Assembly (NCBI RefSeq): GCF_003991155.1
Contig: NZ_CP031293.1
Direction: 5' to 3' (one strand)
Source of the DNA: Escherichia coli
Lineage (GTDB): Bacteria; Pseudomonadota; Gammaproteobacteria; Enterobacterales; Enterobacteriaceae
DNA: 64,000 nt
Shown: piece by piece, positions 28,836-49,223 of the stretch
Numbering within the stretch: position 1 is the first letter of the stretch
How the letters are laid out: each line of letters begins with the position of its first letter
Made by a program: the position numbers and the translations under genes
The notes under the pieces: generated by a model
What the model saw: only the letters and a program-made list of their open reading frames with translations
What the model was told of the DNA's origin: nothing
Databases searched by the model: none

Positions 28836-29099
28836 TTACTCAGTCACTTCCCCTTCCTGGCGGATCTGATTTGCCCAACGCTGGGCGGATTCAGGCACAG
28901 TAAACGCCGGTGAGCGCATAAATGACTCCCCCATCAGTACAAACGCAACATATTTGCCACGCAGCATCCAGACATCACGAAACGAATCCATCTTTATCGC
29001 ATGTTCTGGCGGCGCGGGTTCCGTGCGTGGGACATAGCTAATAATCTGGCGGTTTTGCTGACGGAGCGGTTTCTTCATTACTGGCTTCACTAAACGCAT
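28836..29099 (-). CDS. cedA: cell-division modulator CedA
   Basis: 87-aa ORF (alternative ATG at 29078 gives 80 aa, MKKPLRQQNRQ...). Confidence 0.8.
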   Translation of the reverse strand: MRLVKPVMKKPLRQQNRQIISYVPRTEPAPPEHAIKMDSFRDVWMLRGKYVAFVLMGESFMRSPAFTVPESAQRWANQIRQEGEVTE

Positions 29100-29281
29100 A
29101 TTAAAAATCAGAAAAACTGTAGTTTAGCCGATTTAGCCCCTGTACGTCCTGCTTTGCGTGTATTTCATAACACCGTTTCCAGAATAGTCTCCGAAGCGGG
29201 ATCTGACTGGTGGTCTATAGTTAGAGGGTTTTTTGACCAAAACAGCGGCCCTTTCAGTAATAATTTAAGGAGACGAGTTCA

Positions 29282-31543
29282 ATGTCGCAACATAACGAAA
29301 AGAACCCACATCAGCACCAGTCACCACTACACGATTCCAGCGAAGCGAAACCGGGGATGGACTCACTGGCACCTGAAGACGGATCTCATCGTCCAGCGGC
29401 TGAACCAACACCGCCAGGTGCACAGCCTACCGCCCCTGGGAGCCTGAAAGCCCCTGATACGCGTAACGAAAAACTTAATTCTCTGGAAGACGTACGCAAA
29501 GGCAGTGAAAATTATGCGCTGACCACTAATCAGGGCGTGCGCATCGCCGACGATCAAAACTCACTGCGTGCCGGTAACCGTGGTCCAACGCTGCTGGAAG
29601 ATTTTATTCTGCGCGAGAAAATCACCCACTTTGACCATGAGCGCATCCCGGAACGTATTGTTCATGCACGCGGATCAGCCGCTCACGGTTATTTCCAGCC
29701 ATATAAAAGCTTAAGCGATATTACCAAAGCGGATTTCCTCTCAGATCCGAACAAAATCACCCCAGTATTTGTACGTTTCTCTACCGTTCAGGGTGGTGCT
29801 GGCTCTGCCGATACCGTGCGTGATATCCGTGGCTTTGCCACCAAGTTCTATACCGAAGAGGGTATTTTTGACCTTGTTGGCAATAACACGCCAATCTTCT
29901 TTATCCAGGATGCGCATAAATTCCCTGATTTTGTGCATGCGGTAAAACCAGAACCACACTGGGCAATTCCACAAGGGCAAAGCGCCCACGATACTTTCTG
30001 GGATTATGTTTCTCTGCAACCTGAAACTCTGCACAACGTGATGTGGGCGATGTCGGATCGCGGTATCCCGCGCAGTTACCGCACCATGGAAGGCTTCGGT
30101 ATTCACACCTTCCGCCTGATTAATGCCGAAGGGAAGGCAACGTTCGTACGTTTCCACTGGAAACCACTGGCAGGTAAAGCCTCACTCGTTTGGGATGAAG
30201 CACAAAAACTAACCGGACGTGACCCGGACTTCCACCGCCGCGAGTTGTGGGAAGCGATTGAAGCAGGCGATTTTCCGGAATACGAACTGGGCTTCCAGTT
30301 GATTCCTGAGGAAGATGAATTTAAGTTCGACTTCGACCTTCTTGATCCAACTAAACTTATCCCGGAAGAACTGGTGCCCGTTCAGCGTGTCGGCAAAATG
30401 GTGCTCAATCGCAATCCGGATAACTTCTTTGCCGAAAACGAACAAGCAGCATTCCATCCAGGTCATATTGTTCCTGGTCTGGACTTCACCAACGATCCGC
30501 TGTTGCAGGGGCGTTTGTTCTCTTATACCGATACACAAATCAGTCGTCTTGGCGGACCAAATTTCCATGAGATTCCGATTAACCGCCCGACCTGCCCTTA
30601 CCATAATTTCCAGCGTGACGGCATGCATCGTATGGGGATCGACACTAACCCGGCGAATTATGAACCGAACTCGATCAACGATAACTGGCCGCGCGAAACA
30701 CCGCCGGGGCCGAAACGCGGCGGTTTTGAATCATACCAGGAGCGCGTGGAAGGCAATAAAGTTCGCGAGCGCAGCCCATCGTTTGGCGAATATTATTCCC
30801 ATCCGCGTCTGTTCTGGCTAAGTCAGACGCCATTCGAGCAGCGCCATATTGTCGATGGTTTCAGTTTTGAGTTAAGCAAAGTAGTTCGTCCGTATATTCG
30901 TGAGCGCGTTGTTGACCAGCTGGCACATATTGATCTCACTCTGGCCCAGGCGGTGGCGAAAAATCTCGGTATCGAGCTGACGGACGACCAGCTGAATATC
31001 ACCCCGCCTCCGGACGTCAACGGTCTGAAAAAGGATCCATCCTTAAGTTTGTACGCCATTCCTGACGGTGATGTGAAAGGTCGCGTGGTAGCGATTTTAC
31101 TTAATGATGAAGTGAGATCGGCAGACCTTCTGACCATTCTCAAGGCGCTGAAGGCCAAAGGCGTTCATGCCAAACTGCTCTACTCCCGAATGGGTGAAGT
31201 GACTGCGGATGACGGTACGGTGTTGCCTATAGCCGCTACCTTTGCCGGTGCACCTTCGCTGACGGTCGATGCGGTCATTGTCCCTTGCGGCAATATCGCG
31301 GATATCGCTGACAACGGCGATGCCAACTACTACCTGATGGAAGCCTACAAACACCTTAAACCGATTGCGCTGGCGGGAGACGCGCGCAAGTTTAAAGCAA
31401 CAATCAAGGTCGCTGACAAGGGTGAAGAAGGGATTGTGGAAGCTGACAGCGCCGACGGTAGTTTTATGGATGAACTGTTAACGCTGATGGCAGCACACCG
31501 CGTGTGGTCACGCATTCCTAAGATTGACAAAATCCCGGCGTAA
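29282..31543 (+). CDS. katE: catalase HPII (large-subunit monofunctional catalase)
   Basis: 753-aa ORF with catalase core ([22 protein letters not shown]) and C-terminal domain. Confidence 0.95.
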   Translation: MSQHNEKNPHQHQSPLHDSSEAKPGMDSLAPEDGSHRPAAEPTPPGAQPTAPGSLKAPDTRNEKLNSLEDVRKGSENYALTTNQGVRIADDQNSLRAGNRGPTLLEDFILREKITHFDHERIPERIVHARGSAAHGYFQPYKSLSDITKADFLSDPNKITPVFVRFSTVQGGAGSADTVRDIRGFATKFYTEEGIFDLVGNNTPIFFIQDAHKFPDFVHAVKPEPHWAIPQGQSAHDTFWDYVSLQPETLHNVMWAMSDRGIPRSYRTMEGFGIHTFRLINAEGKATFVRFHWKPLAGKASLVWDEAQKLTGRDPDFHRRELWEAIEAGDFPEYELGFQLIPEEDEFKFDFDLLDPTKLIPEELVPVQRVGKMVLNRNPDNFFAENEQAAFHPGHIVPGLDFTNDPLLQGRLFSYTDTQISRLGGPNFHEIPINRPTCPYHNFQRDGMHRMGIDTNPANYEPNSINDNWPRETPPGPKRGGFESYQERVEGNKVRERSPSFGEYYSHPRLFWLSQTPFEQRHIVDGFSFELSKVVRPYIRERVVDQLAHIDLTLAQAVAKNLGIELTDDQLNITPPPDVNGLKKDPSLSLYAIPDGDVKGRVVAILLNDEVRSADLLTILKALKAKGVHAKLLYSRMGEVTADDGTVLPIAATFAGAPSLTVDAVIVPCGNIADIADNGDANYYLMEAYKHLKPIALAGDARKFKATIKVADKGEEGIVEADSADGSFMDELLTLMAAHRVWSRIPKIDKIPA

Positions 31544-31553
31544 ATATGGATAA

Positions 31554-31579
31554 GGTCACGCCCCCTGGGGAGTGACCTT
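31554..31579. terminator. hairpin between convergent katE and chbG
   Basis: ggtcacgccccctggggagtgacc palindrome; no clear T-run. Confidence 0.35.
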
Positions 31580-31589
31580 ACCACCTTAC

Positions 31590-32360
<771 letters not shown>

Positions 32361-33713
32361 TTAATGTGCTTTTTTAAGCTCTGCGATGCAGTCGGCAAAA
32401 TTTGGCAACCATTTCTCGTGCGCCAGAATCATCTCGCGTGCCAGCAGCTCAGCATCGCGATCGGAATGCACCAACGGACTAAGGTTTAGGGCCAGTAACA
32501 CATCGTTAAACTCTCCGCTAAGTGCGGCGTTGCTGGCAGCAATCTCGAAGCCTTTAATGGTGTGAATCAGCCCCATCACTTTATCATCGAAATGCGTAAT
32601 GCGCGGATGTGGCGTCGCGCCATCGCGCCCCAGCGTACAGGTCATTTCTACCGCCCAGTCTGCCGGAATATTATCAATATGCCCATGATGCGGGATATTA
32701 ACGTAATGTTCAGCTTGCTTGTCGTTGTAGATAGCGTTGATCACTTCGCACGCTGCATCAGAGTAATAAGCCCCACCGCGCTGTTCCAGTTCTTTCGGCT
32801 TAACTTTCAACTCCGGGTTTTTATATAGCTCAAAAAGTTGTTTCTCGACTTTCTGTACTACCTGCGCTCGTGCGCCGCCTTTGTAGTATTCGCCCATTTC
32901 AATAGCCAGCATCTCTTTTTGCTTGAAGTAATAAAGCAAATAAGAACACGGCAACAGATTCAGAGAACGAATTAAGCCTTCGCTAAATGGCAGATCGAAA
33001 ATATTTTTAACGCCAGATGCTTTTAACTGCCCGGATGCCACACCATCAAGCAATTCGGCAAAGCGTGATTTGCCATTTACCAGCACATCTTTAATGAACA
33101 CCATATGGTTGAGGCCGAACAGATCGATAGATAAATCATCGCTGTCTTTCAGCATCAGAACATCGCGAATAAACATCTTCATGCCTATCGGAATATTACA
33201 CACGCCGATAAAGCGTTTAAATCCGGTATGACGATAAACGGCTTCAGTGACCATTCCCGCCGGGTTAGTGAAGTTAATCACCCATGCATTCGGACAAAGT
33301 TCTTCGACATCTTTTACGATGTCAAAAATCACCGGAATGGTACGCAGACCTTTAAACAGACCGCCCGCGCCGTTAGTTTCCTGACCAAGATAACCATGAC
33401 TTAATGGAATACGTTCATCCAGTTCGCGCGCCGGTAATTGGCCTACGCGCAGTTGGGTAGTAACGAAATCAGCATCTTTCAATGCTTCGCGGCGATCCAG
33501 CGTTTTATAAAGCTTCATCGGGACGCCAGCGTTATCAATCATCCGTTGGCAGAGATCAAAAATAATATCCAGTTTCTCTTTACCATCTTCGACATCCACC
33601 AGCCATAATTCGCTGACCGGCAATTCGTGATAACGCTTAATAAATCCTTCCAGTAACTCCGGGGTATAGCTGCTCCCGCCACCAATAGTGACGACTTTTA
33701 ATTTCTGGCTCAT
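32361..33713 (-). CDS. chbF: 6-phospho-beta-glucosidase, GH4, NAD/Mn-dependent
   Basis: 450-aa ORF with N-terminal Rossmann motif (KVVTIGGGSSYTPEL). Confidence 0.92.
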   Translation of the reverse strand: MSQKLKVVTIGGGSSYTPELLEGFIKRYHELPVSELWLVDVEDGKEKLDIIFDLCQRMIDNAGVPMKLYKTLDRREALKDADFVTTQLRVGQLPARELDERIPLSHGYLGQETNGAGGLFKGLRTIPVIFDIVKDVEELCPNAWVINFTNPAGMVTEAVYRHTGFKRFIGVCNIPIGMKMFIRDVLMLKDSDDLSIDLFGLNHMVFIKDVLVNGKSRFAELLDGVASGQLKASGVKNIFDLPFSEGLIRSLNLLPCSYLLYYFKQKEMLAIEMGEYYKGGARAQVVQKVEKQLFELYKNPELKVKPKELEQRGGAYYSDAACEVINAIYNDKQAEHYVNIPHHGHIDNIPADWAVEMTCTLGRDGATPHPRITHFDDKVMGLIHTIKGFEIAASNAALSGEFNDVLLALNLSPLVHSDRDAELLAREMILAHEKWLPNFADCIAELKKAH

Positions 33714-33817
33714 AATTTCTCCCTTCAGTACAGAATACTGATATCTGGCATATCTGCCCCCCCGGACATAAATAATCCAGCAACAGGACAGATATGTGAA
33801 TTGTCAGGTATAACGAC

Positions 33818-34149
33818 TTACTGATTAAATTCAGTCAATTTCTTACGATAGCTCTTAGGCGTAAAGGACGTTAATTTCTTAAACGTTTTAATAAACAAAC
33901 TCGGGCTACTATAACCGGCCTCAAACGCAATATCCGTCACTGAATAGTTGGTCATTTCCAGTTGTTTTTTGGCAAAATTAATACGGATTTCATTAATAAT
34001 CTGCATTGGCGTTTTGCCATAATATCGTTGAGTCGCTCGCGTCAAATATTCCTGTGATTTGGCTGACAACGTCACCATATTCTCCAGCGCCGATTCACTA
34101 AACTGCTCTTTATCATGCATCTTTTCTACCGTACTTTTCAGCCACTGCG
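33818..34149 (-). pseudogene. chbR: chbR 3' fragment (AraC-type HTH domain), separated from the 5' part by IS1
   Basis: ORF 33818..34120 encodes an AraC/XylS HTH region; the two fragments minus one copy of the 9-bp duplication total 843 nt = 280 codons plus stop, the intact ChbR length. Confidence 0.85.
34141..34149. repeat. IS1 target-site duplication, left copy (GCCACTGCG)
   Basis: identical 9-mer directly flanks both IS1 ends. Confidence 0.9.
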
Positions 34150-34204
34150 GGTGATGCTGCCAACTTACTGATTTAGTGTATGATGGTGTTTTTGAGGTGC
34201 TCCA

Positions 34205-34480
34205 GTGGCTTCTGTTTCTATCAGCTGTCCCTCCTGTTCAGCTACTGACGGAGTGGTGCGTAACGGCAAAAGCACCGCCGGACATCAGCGCTATCTCTGC
34301 TCTCATTGCCGTAAAACATGGCAACTGCAGTTCACTTACACCGCTTCTCAACCCGGTACGCACCAGAAAATCATTGATATGGCCATGAATGGCGTTGGAT
34401 GCCGGGCAACCGCCCGCATTATGGGCGTTGGCCTCAACACGATTTTCCGCCATTTAAAAAACTCAGGCCGCAGTCGGTAA
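34205..34480 (+). CDS. insA: IS1 InsA (transposition repressor)
   Basis: 91-aa [46 protein letters not shown]... (zinc-finger-like Cys pairs). Confidence 0.93.
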   Translation: MASVSISCPSCSATDGVVRNGKSTAGHQRYLCSHCRKTWQLQFTYTASQPGTHQKIIDMAMNGVGCRATARIMGVGLNTIFRHLKNSGRSR

Positions 34481-34902
34481 CCTCGCGCATACAGCCGGGC
34501 AGTGACGTCATCGTCTGCGCGGAAATGGACGAACAGTGGGGATACGTCGGGGCTAAATCGCGCCAGCGCTGGCTGTTTTACGCGTATGACAGGCTCCGGA
34601 AGACGGTTGTTGCGCACGTATTCGGTGAACGCACTATGGCGACGCTGGGGCGTCTTATGAGCCTGCTGTCACCCTTTGACGTGGTGATATGGATGACGGA
34701 TGGCTGGCCGCTGTATGAATCCCGCCTGAAGGGAAAGCTGCACGTAATCAGCAAGCGATATACGCAGCGAATTGAGCGGCATAACCTGAATCTGAGGCAG
34801 CACCTGGCACGGCTGGGACGGAAGTCGCTGTCGTTTTCAAAATCGGTGGAGCTGCATGACAAAGTCATCGGGCATTATCTGAACATAAAACACTATCAAT
34901 AA
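34399..34902 (+). CDS. insB: IS1 InsB frame (expressed as InsAB' transposase by -1 frameshift)
   Basis: 167-aa ORF in the -1 frame relative to insA, overlapping the A6C slippery site. Confidence 0.9.
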   Translation: MPGNRPHYGRWPQHDFPPFKKLRPQSVTSRIQPGSDVIVCAEMDEQWGYVGAKSRQRWLFYAYDRLRKTVVAHVFGERTMATLGRLMSLLSPFDVVIWMTDGWPLYESRLKGKLHVISKRYTQRIERHNLNLRQHLARLGRKSLSFSKSVELHDKVIGHYLNIKHYQ

Positions 34903-34917
34903 GTTGGAGTCATTACC

Positions 34918-34926
34918 GCCACTGCG
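34918..34926. repeat. IS1 target-site duplication, right copy (GCCACTGCG)
   Basis: identical to 34141-34149. Confidence 0.9.
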
Positions 34927-35437
34927 GTACATCATCAATCACCTGTTCTTCGCGGTAATGACGTAAACGGTTAATGACATAAAAAGTAACCATCTCAACA
35001 AACTCTTCCAGCCCTGTTTCGCGGAAATTCAATGAAGAAATCACTGTTTCCACATAGGTGAGAAAAGCGTTATTGGTCCGGTATACCTGCGAAGCTACAA
35101 AGCAATAAGGCAACAACGGCAGGTAATGCTGCTCAAAAAAGCGTTTACTGATCCCAACGTTCAATATGCGCGTGGCACCAAACTCATAAAAACTTTGATG
35201 GTGCGAACCTAACGGAATAAAAACAAAATCGCCCCGTTCCAGTAACACGCGCTTACCGTTAATCTCCTGGAAATAACGCCCGGTTAATACCAGAGTAAAT
35301 TCATAATAGTCGTGCTGATGCAGTCCGCTGATACTCTCAGTTTTGTTATAGATAAACACATGGAAATTTTTGCCATTAAACAACTGCTGTTCTCGGGCGG
35401 TGGCAATTTCCGGCGCGTTAATCACTGGCTGCATCAT
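34918..35437 (-). pseudogene. chbR: chbR 5' fragment (N-terminal cupin-like sensing domain), truncated by IS1
   Basis: ORF 34913..35437 reads from the chbR start codon into the IS1 right end and terminates there. Confidence 0.85.
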
Positions 35438-35444
35438 CGACTCC

Positions 35445-35795
35445 TTATGCCTTCAGTTTTTCATGAAGCTCAATTAATTCAGTAATCAGTTCACGCGCAA
35501 GCATGGACGTCATTAAATGATCCTGAGCGTGGACCAGCACCAGACTCACTTTCATCTTACCTTCGCCCGCATCGCCTTCAATCAGTTTCGTCTGTACCAG
35601 ATGCGCTTCATTCAATGCCATCCGTGACTGATCCATCATGGCTTTTGCTGCGGCAAAATCGCCCTGCTTCGCCTGTTTCAGTGCCGCATACGCCAGGCTG
35701 CGCGCTTGTCCGGAGTTGATGATAAGCCCCATCACCACTTCTTCCAGCTCTTCAGCTTCTGTTTGCGTATCGGGAATGTTATCGAGATCCATCAT
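35445..35795 (-). CDS. chbA: PTS chitobiose-specific IIA component
   Basis: 116-aa ORF. Confidence 0.9.
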
Positions 35796-35845
35796 ACATC
35801 GTTCCTCTCTTTTCTTACCGGCACGATTACCCGTACCGGCATCGA

Positions 35846-37204
35846 TTAAAATTTCAGGGCGTTAGCGATATCTTCTTCGCTCTCTTCTTTATCAATCGCG
35901 TTTTGTGCTTTGTTAGCGACCACAACAAAGGGCAGATAAATTAACGTTGCGATACCAAGGTTGAAGAGTGCAACCAGCAATGCGGCGACGCTACCGTTGG
36001 TGTTAAAGAAGGCTCCCAGACCGGTTGGCATGGTCCACGGTGCAATATTGGTCACCGGAGGAATAATGCCCATGTAGTACGCTGCCAGGGTGATTGCCGC
36101 CAGAATCGGTTGTACCAGTACAAACGGGATAAACATCACCGGGTTCATGATAATTGGCAGACCAAACAGAATCGGTTCGTTAATCTGGAAGATGCCGGAC
36201 GGCAGCGCCAGTTTTGCCACCTGACGATAATCAGCACGGCGAGAGGCGATAAAGATAGCCAGGATCAGACCTAAAGTCGCACCACTGCCCCCAAGGAAAA
36301 TAAAGGAGTCCAGCATCGGCTTGGCCCAGATATGGAAGGTCTTACCGGCTGCCAGCGCCGCTTCGACGGAACCATATTGCTGATAGGTCGCGATATTTTC
36401 CAGCGCCCACGGCGTCATAATGCCGTTGTCCAGTGCGGTCAGCGCCAGCGCACCATGAATACCGAAGAACCAGAGCAGTGGAACAAAGATCACATAGGCC
36501 CAGCCCACCACGCTACCCAACGATGCCAGTGGGGTTGAGATGGTATCCATAATGATCTGATGGAAGTTGGTGCCCCAGGTATTCAACGCCCAGGCAATAA
36601 TCCCCATCACGGAAAGAATAATAAAGCCGGGAATTAAAGCCGAGAAGGAACGCGATACTGAAGCAGGTACGCTATCGGGCAATTTAATGACCCAATTGCG
36701 GCGGACAATAAAGGTAAACATTTCTGCCACCACCAGGCCAATAATAATCCCGGAGATGATATTCGCCCCACCTAACCAGTTTGCGCCAACCGCATAGGCC
36801 TCACCGACACTATATGGGGTGACGGTCATAAATGCTGCAACGGATAACAACCCAGCCGCCAGCGCATCGACTTTACGCTCTTCTGCCAGCGCCATGCCAA
36901 TAAAGAACGGTGCCATTAAAGACATTATCCCTAATGTTCCGTTATATACGTTGCCGCCAATACCTTTCAGACCATTAAGTGTTTCAATGGTTGAGGCATC
37001 CAGGCGAATACCTAAGGAATAAAAAAACGACCCCTCCCCAAAGCTTAGAAAAACGTTGTTAATTAATACAAACATGGCCCCCGCAAGGGTTAACGGCATT
37101 AAGCGAATAAAGCCATTTTTGATTGCATTAACGTGTGGCTGCTTTCCTATTTTAACTGCAAAAGGGAGGAGTACCTTTTCAAGCGATGCAATAACATTAC
37201 TCAT
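35846..37204 (-). CDS. chbC: PTS chitobiose-specific IIC permease
   Basis: 452-aa polytopic ORF. Confidence 0.92.
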
Positions 37205-37287
37205 AGAAAAATACCCTTAAAAACCGCAATTTAAATATTGCGGTATTGATTTATGAAATAACTCTTTGACGGGAAAATTTAAAAAAA

Positions 37288-37608
37288 TTAATTTGCTGCG
37301 GCTTTTTTAATCGCTGCAACCGCAGCCTTAAGCACGCCTAAACCATCGACTTTGCCATAAAGCAACGAGTCAATTACTTCAACCGGTTTGTTGGGTAACA
37401 AACGCTGGATTTCGGGCAACATATAAGCAATCTGCGGCCCTAATAACACGACATCGGCATTCTGACCTTTTTCACCAGCCAGTGTTTCCGGAAATGCTTC
37501 AATAATGACCGGAACTTCATATTTTTCTGCCTGTGCGCGCATTTTTGATACCAGTAAAGAGGTAGACATGCCCGCAGAACAAAACAGATAAATGTGTTTC
37601 TTTTCCAT
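37288..37608 (-). CDS. chbB: PTS chitobiose-specific IIB component
   Basis: 106 aa from [19 protein letters not shown] (active-site Cys); internal ATG of the 119-aa ORF. Confidence 0.9.
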   Translation of the reverse strand: MEKKHIYLFCSAGMSTSLLVSKMRAQAEKYEVPVIIEAFPETLAGEKGQNADVVLLGPQIAYMLPEIQRLLPNKPVEVIDSLLYGKVDGLGVLKAAVAAIKKAAAN

Positions 37609-37790
37609 AAAACTGCCCTCATCGACGATTATCTGTAAGCCAGACACTCCGCAAGCCTTAACCTGCTTCCATGCTCTGGGTAACTTGCGAAACCAACATG
37701 ACTTTTTTTGTGGCTGAAAGGAGTATACGGTATAGACCTGAGCAATAGTATTTCTTTGACCTTATAAATTGTCTCTCCTTGACCTGCGGT
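37609..37790 (-). promoter_or_regulatory. chb operon promoter/regulatory region (approximate)
   Basis: position upstream of chbB; individual regulator binding sites not resolved from sequence. Confidence 0.35.
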
Positions 37791-37849
37791 TATGACCCTC
37801 TTCACATTTCGGGCAAATAATTCGCGAAGATAATTAAGAACTCAGGCCA

Positions 37850-37875
37850 AAAAAAACCGGCGCAATGGCCGGTTT
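37850..37875 (-). terminator. osmE rho-independent terminator
   Basis: minus strand reads aaccggccattgcgccggtt followed by an 8-nt T-run. Confidence 0.6.
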
Positions 37876-37906
37876 CCGTTGTAACTCAAGCTTTCAGGCG
37901 AAGTGA

Positions 37907-38245
37907 TTACTTCGCAGCCTGTGGATCAGTGTCGTATTCAGCACAGGTCTGATAACCGGAGTTGATGACATGTCCGGTATCATCTAACGCGACAAAGTAG
38001 GTTTCTGCTTTACCATCACGTTGACCCAGGATGTAGGTCTGGCAAGTACCACGAGCATGGATCATGCTCACTTCAGACGAAGGTTTACCCGCAATTTGTG
38101 CAACCTGCGCCCGGCTCATGCCTTTTTTGACGTCTTTCACCACAGGCTGTACAAACTGGTCTTTGGTACGATCATAAGCCGTACAACCCGCCAGCATGGT
38201 TAATACCGCCGCTGCACTCAGAATTCCTGCCATATTCTTGTTCAT
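37907..38245 (-). CDS. osmE: osmotically inducible lipoprotein E
   Basis: 112-aa ORF with lipobox ([10 protein letters not shown]). Confidence 0.88.
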
Positions 38246-38446
38246 ATTCCGTCCTCTTGTTTATCAGCGTGTTAGATAAGCCTGGAATACATTGGGCGCT
38301 TTTTCAAGCCCGTGAACGAAACGGCTCCGCTTTCAGAGGATTCCTGTATGACGTTTTAACCACCATTCAGCCCGCTGTCGCTTGTCGTTTCAGTAGCAAC
38401 GGGTTAGCTTTAAGGAAGTTTTGTCTTTTCTGTCTGGAGGGGTTCA

Positions 38447-39274
38447 ATGACATTGCAACAACAAATAATAAAGGCGCTGGGCGCAAAACCGCAGATTAAT
38501 GCTGAAGAGGAAATTCGTCGTAGTGTCGATTTTCTGAAAAGCTACCTGCAAACTTATCCGTTCATTAAATCACTGGTGCTAGGGATCAGCGGCGGTCAGG
38601 ACTCCACGCTTGCCGGTAAGCTGTGCCAGATGGCGATTAATGAGCTGCGCCAGGAAACCGGCAACGAATCACTGCAATTTATTGCCGTACGCCTGCCCTA
38701 TGGTGTTCAGGCCGACGAACAAGATTGCCAGGATGCCATTGCCTTTATTCAACCGGATCGCGTATTAACCGTTAATGTCAAGGGCGCGGTATTGGCCAGC
38801 GAACAGGCGCTGCGCGAAGCGGGTATTGAATTAAGTGATTTTGTCCGTGGCAATGAAAAAGCGCGTGAGCGGATGAAAGCACAATATAGCATTGCGGGTA
38901 TGACCAGCGGTGTCGTGGTGGGCACCGATCATGCAGCAGAAGCCATTACCGGATTCTTCACTAAATATGGTGACGGCGGTACAGACATTAATCCACTGTA
39001 TCGTCTCAACAAACGTCAGGGTAAACAGTTACTGGCAGCATTAGGTTGCCCGGAACACCTTTATAAGAAAGCGCCAACTGCCGATCTGGAAGATGATCGC
39101 CCTTCTCTGCCAGATGAAGTGGCACTCGGCGTGACCTATGACAATATCGACGACTATCTGGAAGGGAAAAACCTACCTGAACAGGTCGCCAGAACAATAG
39201 AGAACTGGTATCTGAAAACCGAACATAAACGCCGTCCGCCAATTACCGTTTTCGATGATTTCTGGAAGAAGTAA
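38447..39274 (+). CDS. nadE: NH3-dependent NAD+ synthetase
   Basis: 275-aa ORF with PP-loop (SGGQDST). Confidence 0.95.
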   Translation: MTLQQQIIKALGAKPQINAEEEIRRSVDFLKSYLQTYPFIKSLVLGISGGQDSTLAGKLCQMAINELRQETGNESLQFIAVRLPYGVQADEQDCQDAIAFIQPDRVLTVNVKGAVLASEQALREAGIELSDFVRGNEKARERMKAQYSIAGMTSGVVVGTDHAAEAITGFFTKYGDGGTDINPLYRLNKRQGKQLLAALGCPEHLYKKAPTADLEDDRPSLPDEVALGVTYDNIDDYLEGKNLPEQVARTIENWYLKTEHKRRPPITVFDDFWKK

Positions 39275-39313
39275 TAATTTGCACATATTGGTTTGTGCGA
39301 AAAAGAGTACTTT

Positions 39314-39350
39314 GTTCACGCCGGATGCGGCGTGAACGCCTTATTCGACC
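39314..39350. repeat. REP-like palindromic element
   Basis: gttcacgccggatgcggcgtgaacgccttat matches the REP consensus family (GCCGGATGCGGCGTGAACGCCTTATCCGGCCTAC). Confidence 0.65.
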
Positions 39351-39503
39351 TACAAAACTATGCAAATTCAATATATTGCATGAGTCGAATAGGACTGACA
39401 GGCGTAGCACGTCTCACGGTGTAACCTTTGTCATCGCCCCGCCTCTTTTTTAATCGCTCCCCGCCTGTTACACTGGATAGATAACCAGCACTCGGAGTCA
39501 ACA

Positions 39504-41004
<1,501 letters not shown>

Positions 41005-41042
41005 TTAGTGGCGATCAGGCTTTTTTTGCATCTGTTTGAGAA

Positions 41043-41118
41043 CAAAAAAGAAAACCGCCGATCCTGTCCACCGCATTACTGCAAGGTAGTGGACAAGACC
41101 GGCGGTCTTAAGTTTTTT
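41043..41118 (-). terminator. spy terminator (long hairpin, A-run/T-run flanked)
   Basis: ccgccg...cggcgg extended stem with flanking A6 and T6. Confidence 0.6.
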
Positions 41119-41128
41119 GGCTGAAAGA

Positions 41129-41614
41129 TTATTCAGCAGTTGCAGGCATTTTACCTTTTGCCGCTGGACGTTCTGTCAGACGCTTCTCAAAATTAGCATT
41201 AAATTGCTTTTTCTGTTCCGGCGTCAGGATGTTGTAAATCTTGTTCTGGGTTTCCATGTGCGCCAGCATGTTAGCTTTGCGCTGTTCTTCCATTTTTGCG
41301 ATCTGCGCTTCAGCTTTTGCTTTATCGAAGGTATCGCTGGCAATGATGTCATGCATTGCGCGGCGTTCTTCCAGCGGCGGACGTTTCATCTGGTCACGCT
41401 GGCCTTTCATGATTTCGCGGATCTGCTGTTTCTGCGCGTCGGTCAGGTTCAGGTCTTTGAACATCATGTCCTGATGCGGACCGAACTTGCCTTTGTGGTG
41501 CATCATCGGCTTCGCGTCAGCCGGTGCTGCGGTAGTGGTGTCTGCGGCATGGGCCAGGTTAGCCGCGCCAAGAGCCAGGGTAGAGGCAACAAACAGTGCA
41601 GTTAATTTACGCAT
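41129..41614 (-). CDS. spy: periplasmic ATP-independent chaperone Spy
   Basis: 161-aa ORF with signal peptide and charged helical repeats (LTDAQKQQIREIMKGQRDQMKRPP...). Confidence 0.93.
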   Translation of the reverse strand: MRKLTALFVASTLALGAANLAHAADTTTAAPADAKPMMHHKGKFGPHQDMMFKDLNLTDAQKQQIREIMKGQRDQMKRPPLEERRAMHDIIASDTFDKAKAEAQIAKMEEQRKANMLAHMETQNKIYNILTPEQKKQFNANFEKRLTERPAAKGKMPATAE

Positions 41615-41911
41615 ATTCTATATCCTTCCTTTCAGTTATTTATTACGGCTTTCTTAAGTAGCGTGCCGTGTTGACGAGATTAACTTTACTGACTTTAGCG
41701 TCAATTAATCAGAGCAACGGTAAAACAATGAAAGTGTAAAAAACACTTTTGCGCCAATTATGGAGAAAAAAAGAAAATTTGATGGAGAGTAATGAGAAAA
41801 TATTACAACACGATGATTTTGCAGAGATTATGAAGAACTATACCGGATGACTGGTGATAAATAAAGCAAATAACCAGGATTAATCTGTATTAATTTATAA
41901 GAAAGTAACTT

Positions 41912-41938
41912 AATACCCGCAGAATGATTTCTGCGGGT
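41912..41938 (-). terminator. putative astE terminator hairpin
   Basis: cccgcagaa-tgatt-tctgcggg stem-loop just downstream of the astE stop; weak T-tract. Confidence 0.45.
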
Positions 41939-41943
41939 AAGTA

Positions 41944-48007
<6,064 letters not shown>

Positions 48008-48416
48008 TTAATAATAAGTAATGTTTGCGCTGTAAATGTAGATTGCAGGGTTCGTGCCAGCCAGTGATAAAAGTGCATAAACGGCGGAGGCTAACTGAAA
48101 ATCAAGGAGTTATAACCACATCATATGCATTTAAAGTGCATATAAAGTGAATACGTTTGCGATGTGGGTGAATAAAAAGAATAAAAAACGCAATGTTATG
48201 CAGAAGTAAAATATAATTCTGGAATTGTGATCATTGACGAAATTTACTGGAAATTACTGCGCCATTCTGACGCAGCGCGCACCAAAAGCGGGCATTTTTT
48301 GCGCCATCGTTGACATCATTAACAACCATCGATCAAATCACTTAACAACAGGCGGTAAGCAAAGCGAAATTCTGCTACCATCCACGCACTCTTTATCTGA
48401 ATAAATGGCAGCGACT

Positions 48417-49223
48417 ATGAAATTTGTCTCTTTTAATATCAACGGCCTGCGCGCCAGACCTCACCAGCTTGAAGCCATCGTCGAAAAGCACCAGCCGGAT
48501 GTGATTGGCCTGCAGGAGACAAAAGTTCATGACGATATGTTTCCACTCGAAGAGGTGGCGAAGCTCGGCTACAACGTGTTTTATCACGGGCAGAAAGGCC
48601 ATTACGGCGTGGCATTGTTGACCAAAGAGACGCCGATTGCTGTGCGTCGCGGCTTCCCTGACGACGGCGAAGAGGCACAACGGCGAATTATTATGGCGGA
48701 AATCCCCTCGCCGCTGGGTAATGTCACCGTGATCAACGGTTACTTCCCACAGGGCGAAAGTCGCGACCATCCGATTAAATTCCCGGCGAAAGCGCAGTTT
48801 TATCAGAACCTGCAAAACTATCTCGAAACCGAACTTAAGCGTGAAAATCCGGTGCTGATTATGGGCGATATGAATATCAGTCCTGGCGACCTGGATATTG
48901 GCATTGGCGAAGAGAACCGTAAGCGCTGGCTGCGTACCGGAAAATGTTCTTTCCTTCCGGAGGAACGCGAATGGATGGAGAGACTGATGAGCTGGGGGTT
49001 GGTCGATACCTTCCGCCATGCGAATCCGCAAACAGCAGATCGTTTCTCATGGTTTGATTACCGCTCAAAAGGTTTTGACGATAACCGTGGTCTGCGCATC
49101 GACCTGCTGCTCGCCAGCCAACCGCTGGCAGAATGTTGCGTAGAAACCGGCATCGACTATGAAATCCGCAGCATGGAAAAACCGTCCGATCACGCGCCTG
49201 TGTGGGCGACCTTCCGCCGCTAA
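48417..49223 (+). CDS. xthA: exodeoxyribonuclease III
   Basis: 268 aa from [18 protein letters not shown]. Confidence 0.95.
   Translation: MKFVSFNINGLRARPHQLEAIVEKHQPDVIGLQETKVHDDMFPLEEVAKLGYNVFYHGQKGHYGVALLTKETPIAVRRGFPDDGEEAQRRIIMAEIPSPLGNVTVINGYFPQGESRDHPIKFPAKAQFYQNLQNYLETELKRENPVLIMGDMNISPGDLDIGIGEENRKRWLRTGKCSFLPEEREWMERLMSWGLVDTFRHANPQTADRFSWFDYRSKGFDDNRGLRIDLLLASQPLAECCVETGIDYEIRSMEKPSDHAPVWATFRR

Larger units (their letters stand above)
34150..34917 (+). mobile_element. insertion sequence IS1 (768 bp, complete)
   Basis: 23-bp terminal inverted repeats GGTGATGCTGCCAACTTACTGAT (34150-34172) and its reverse complement (34895-34917); insA and insB ORFs; A6C frameshift motif at 34456-34462; 9-bp direct repeats. 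Confidence 0.95.

Noticed and set aside
34150-34917. Possibility that the IS1 is one arm of a composite transposon or marks a larger acquired island
   Set aside because: Only one IS1 copy is in the window; the flanking sequence on both sides is contiguous chbR joined by the 9-bp duplication, so it is a simple insertion.
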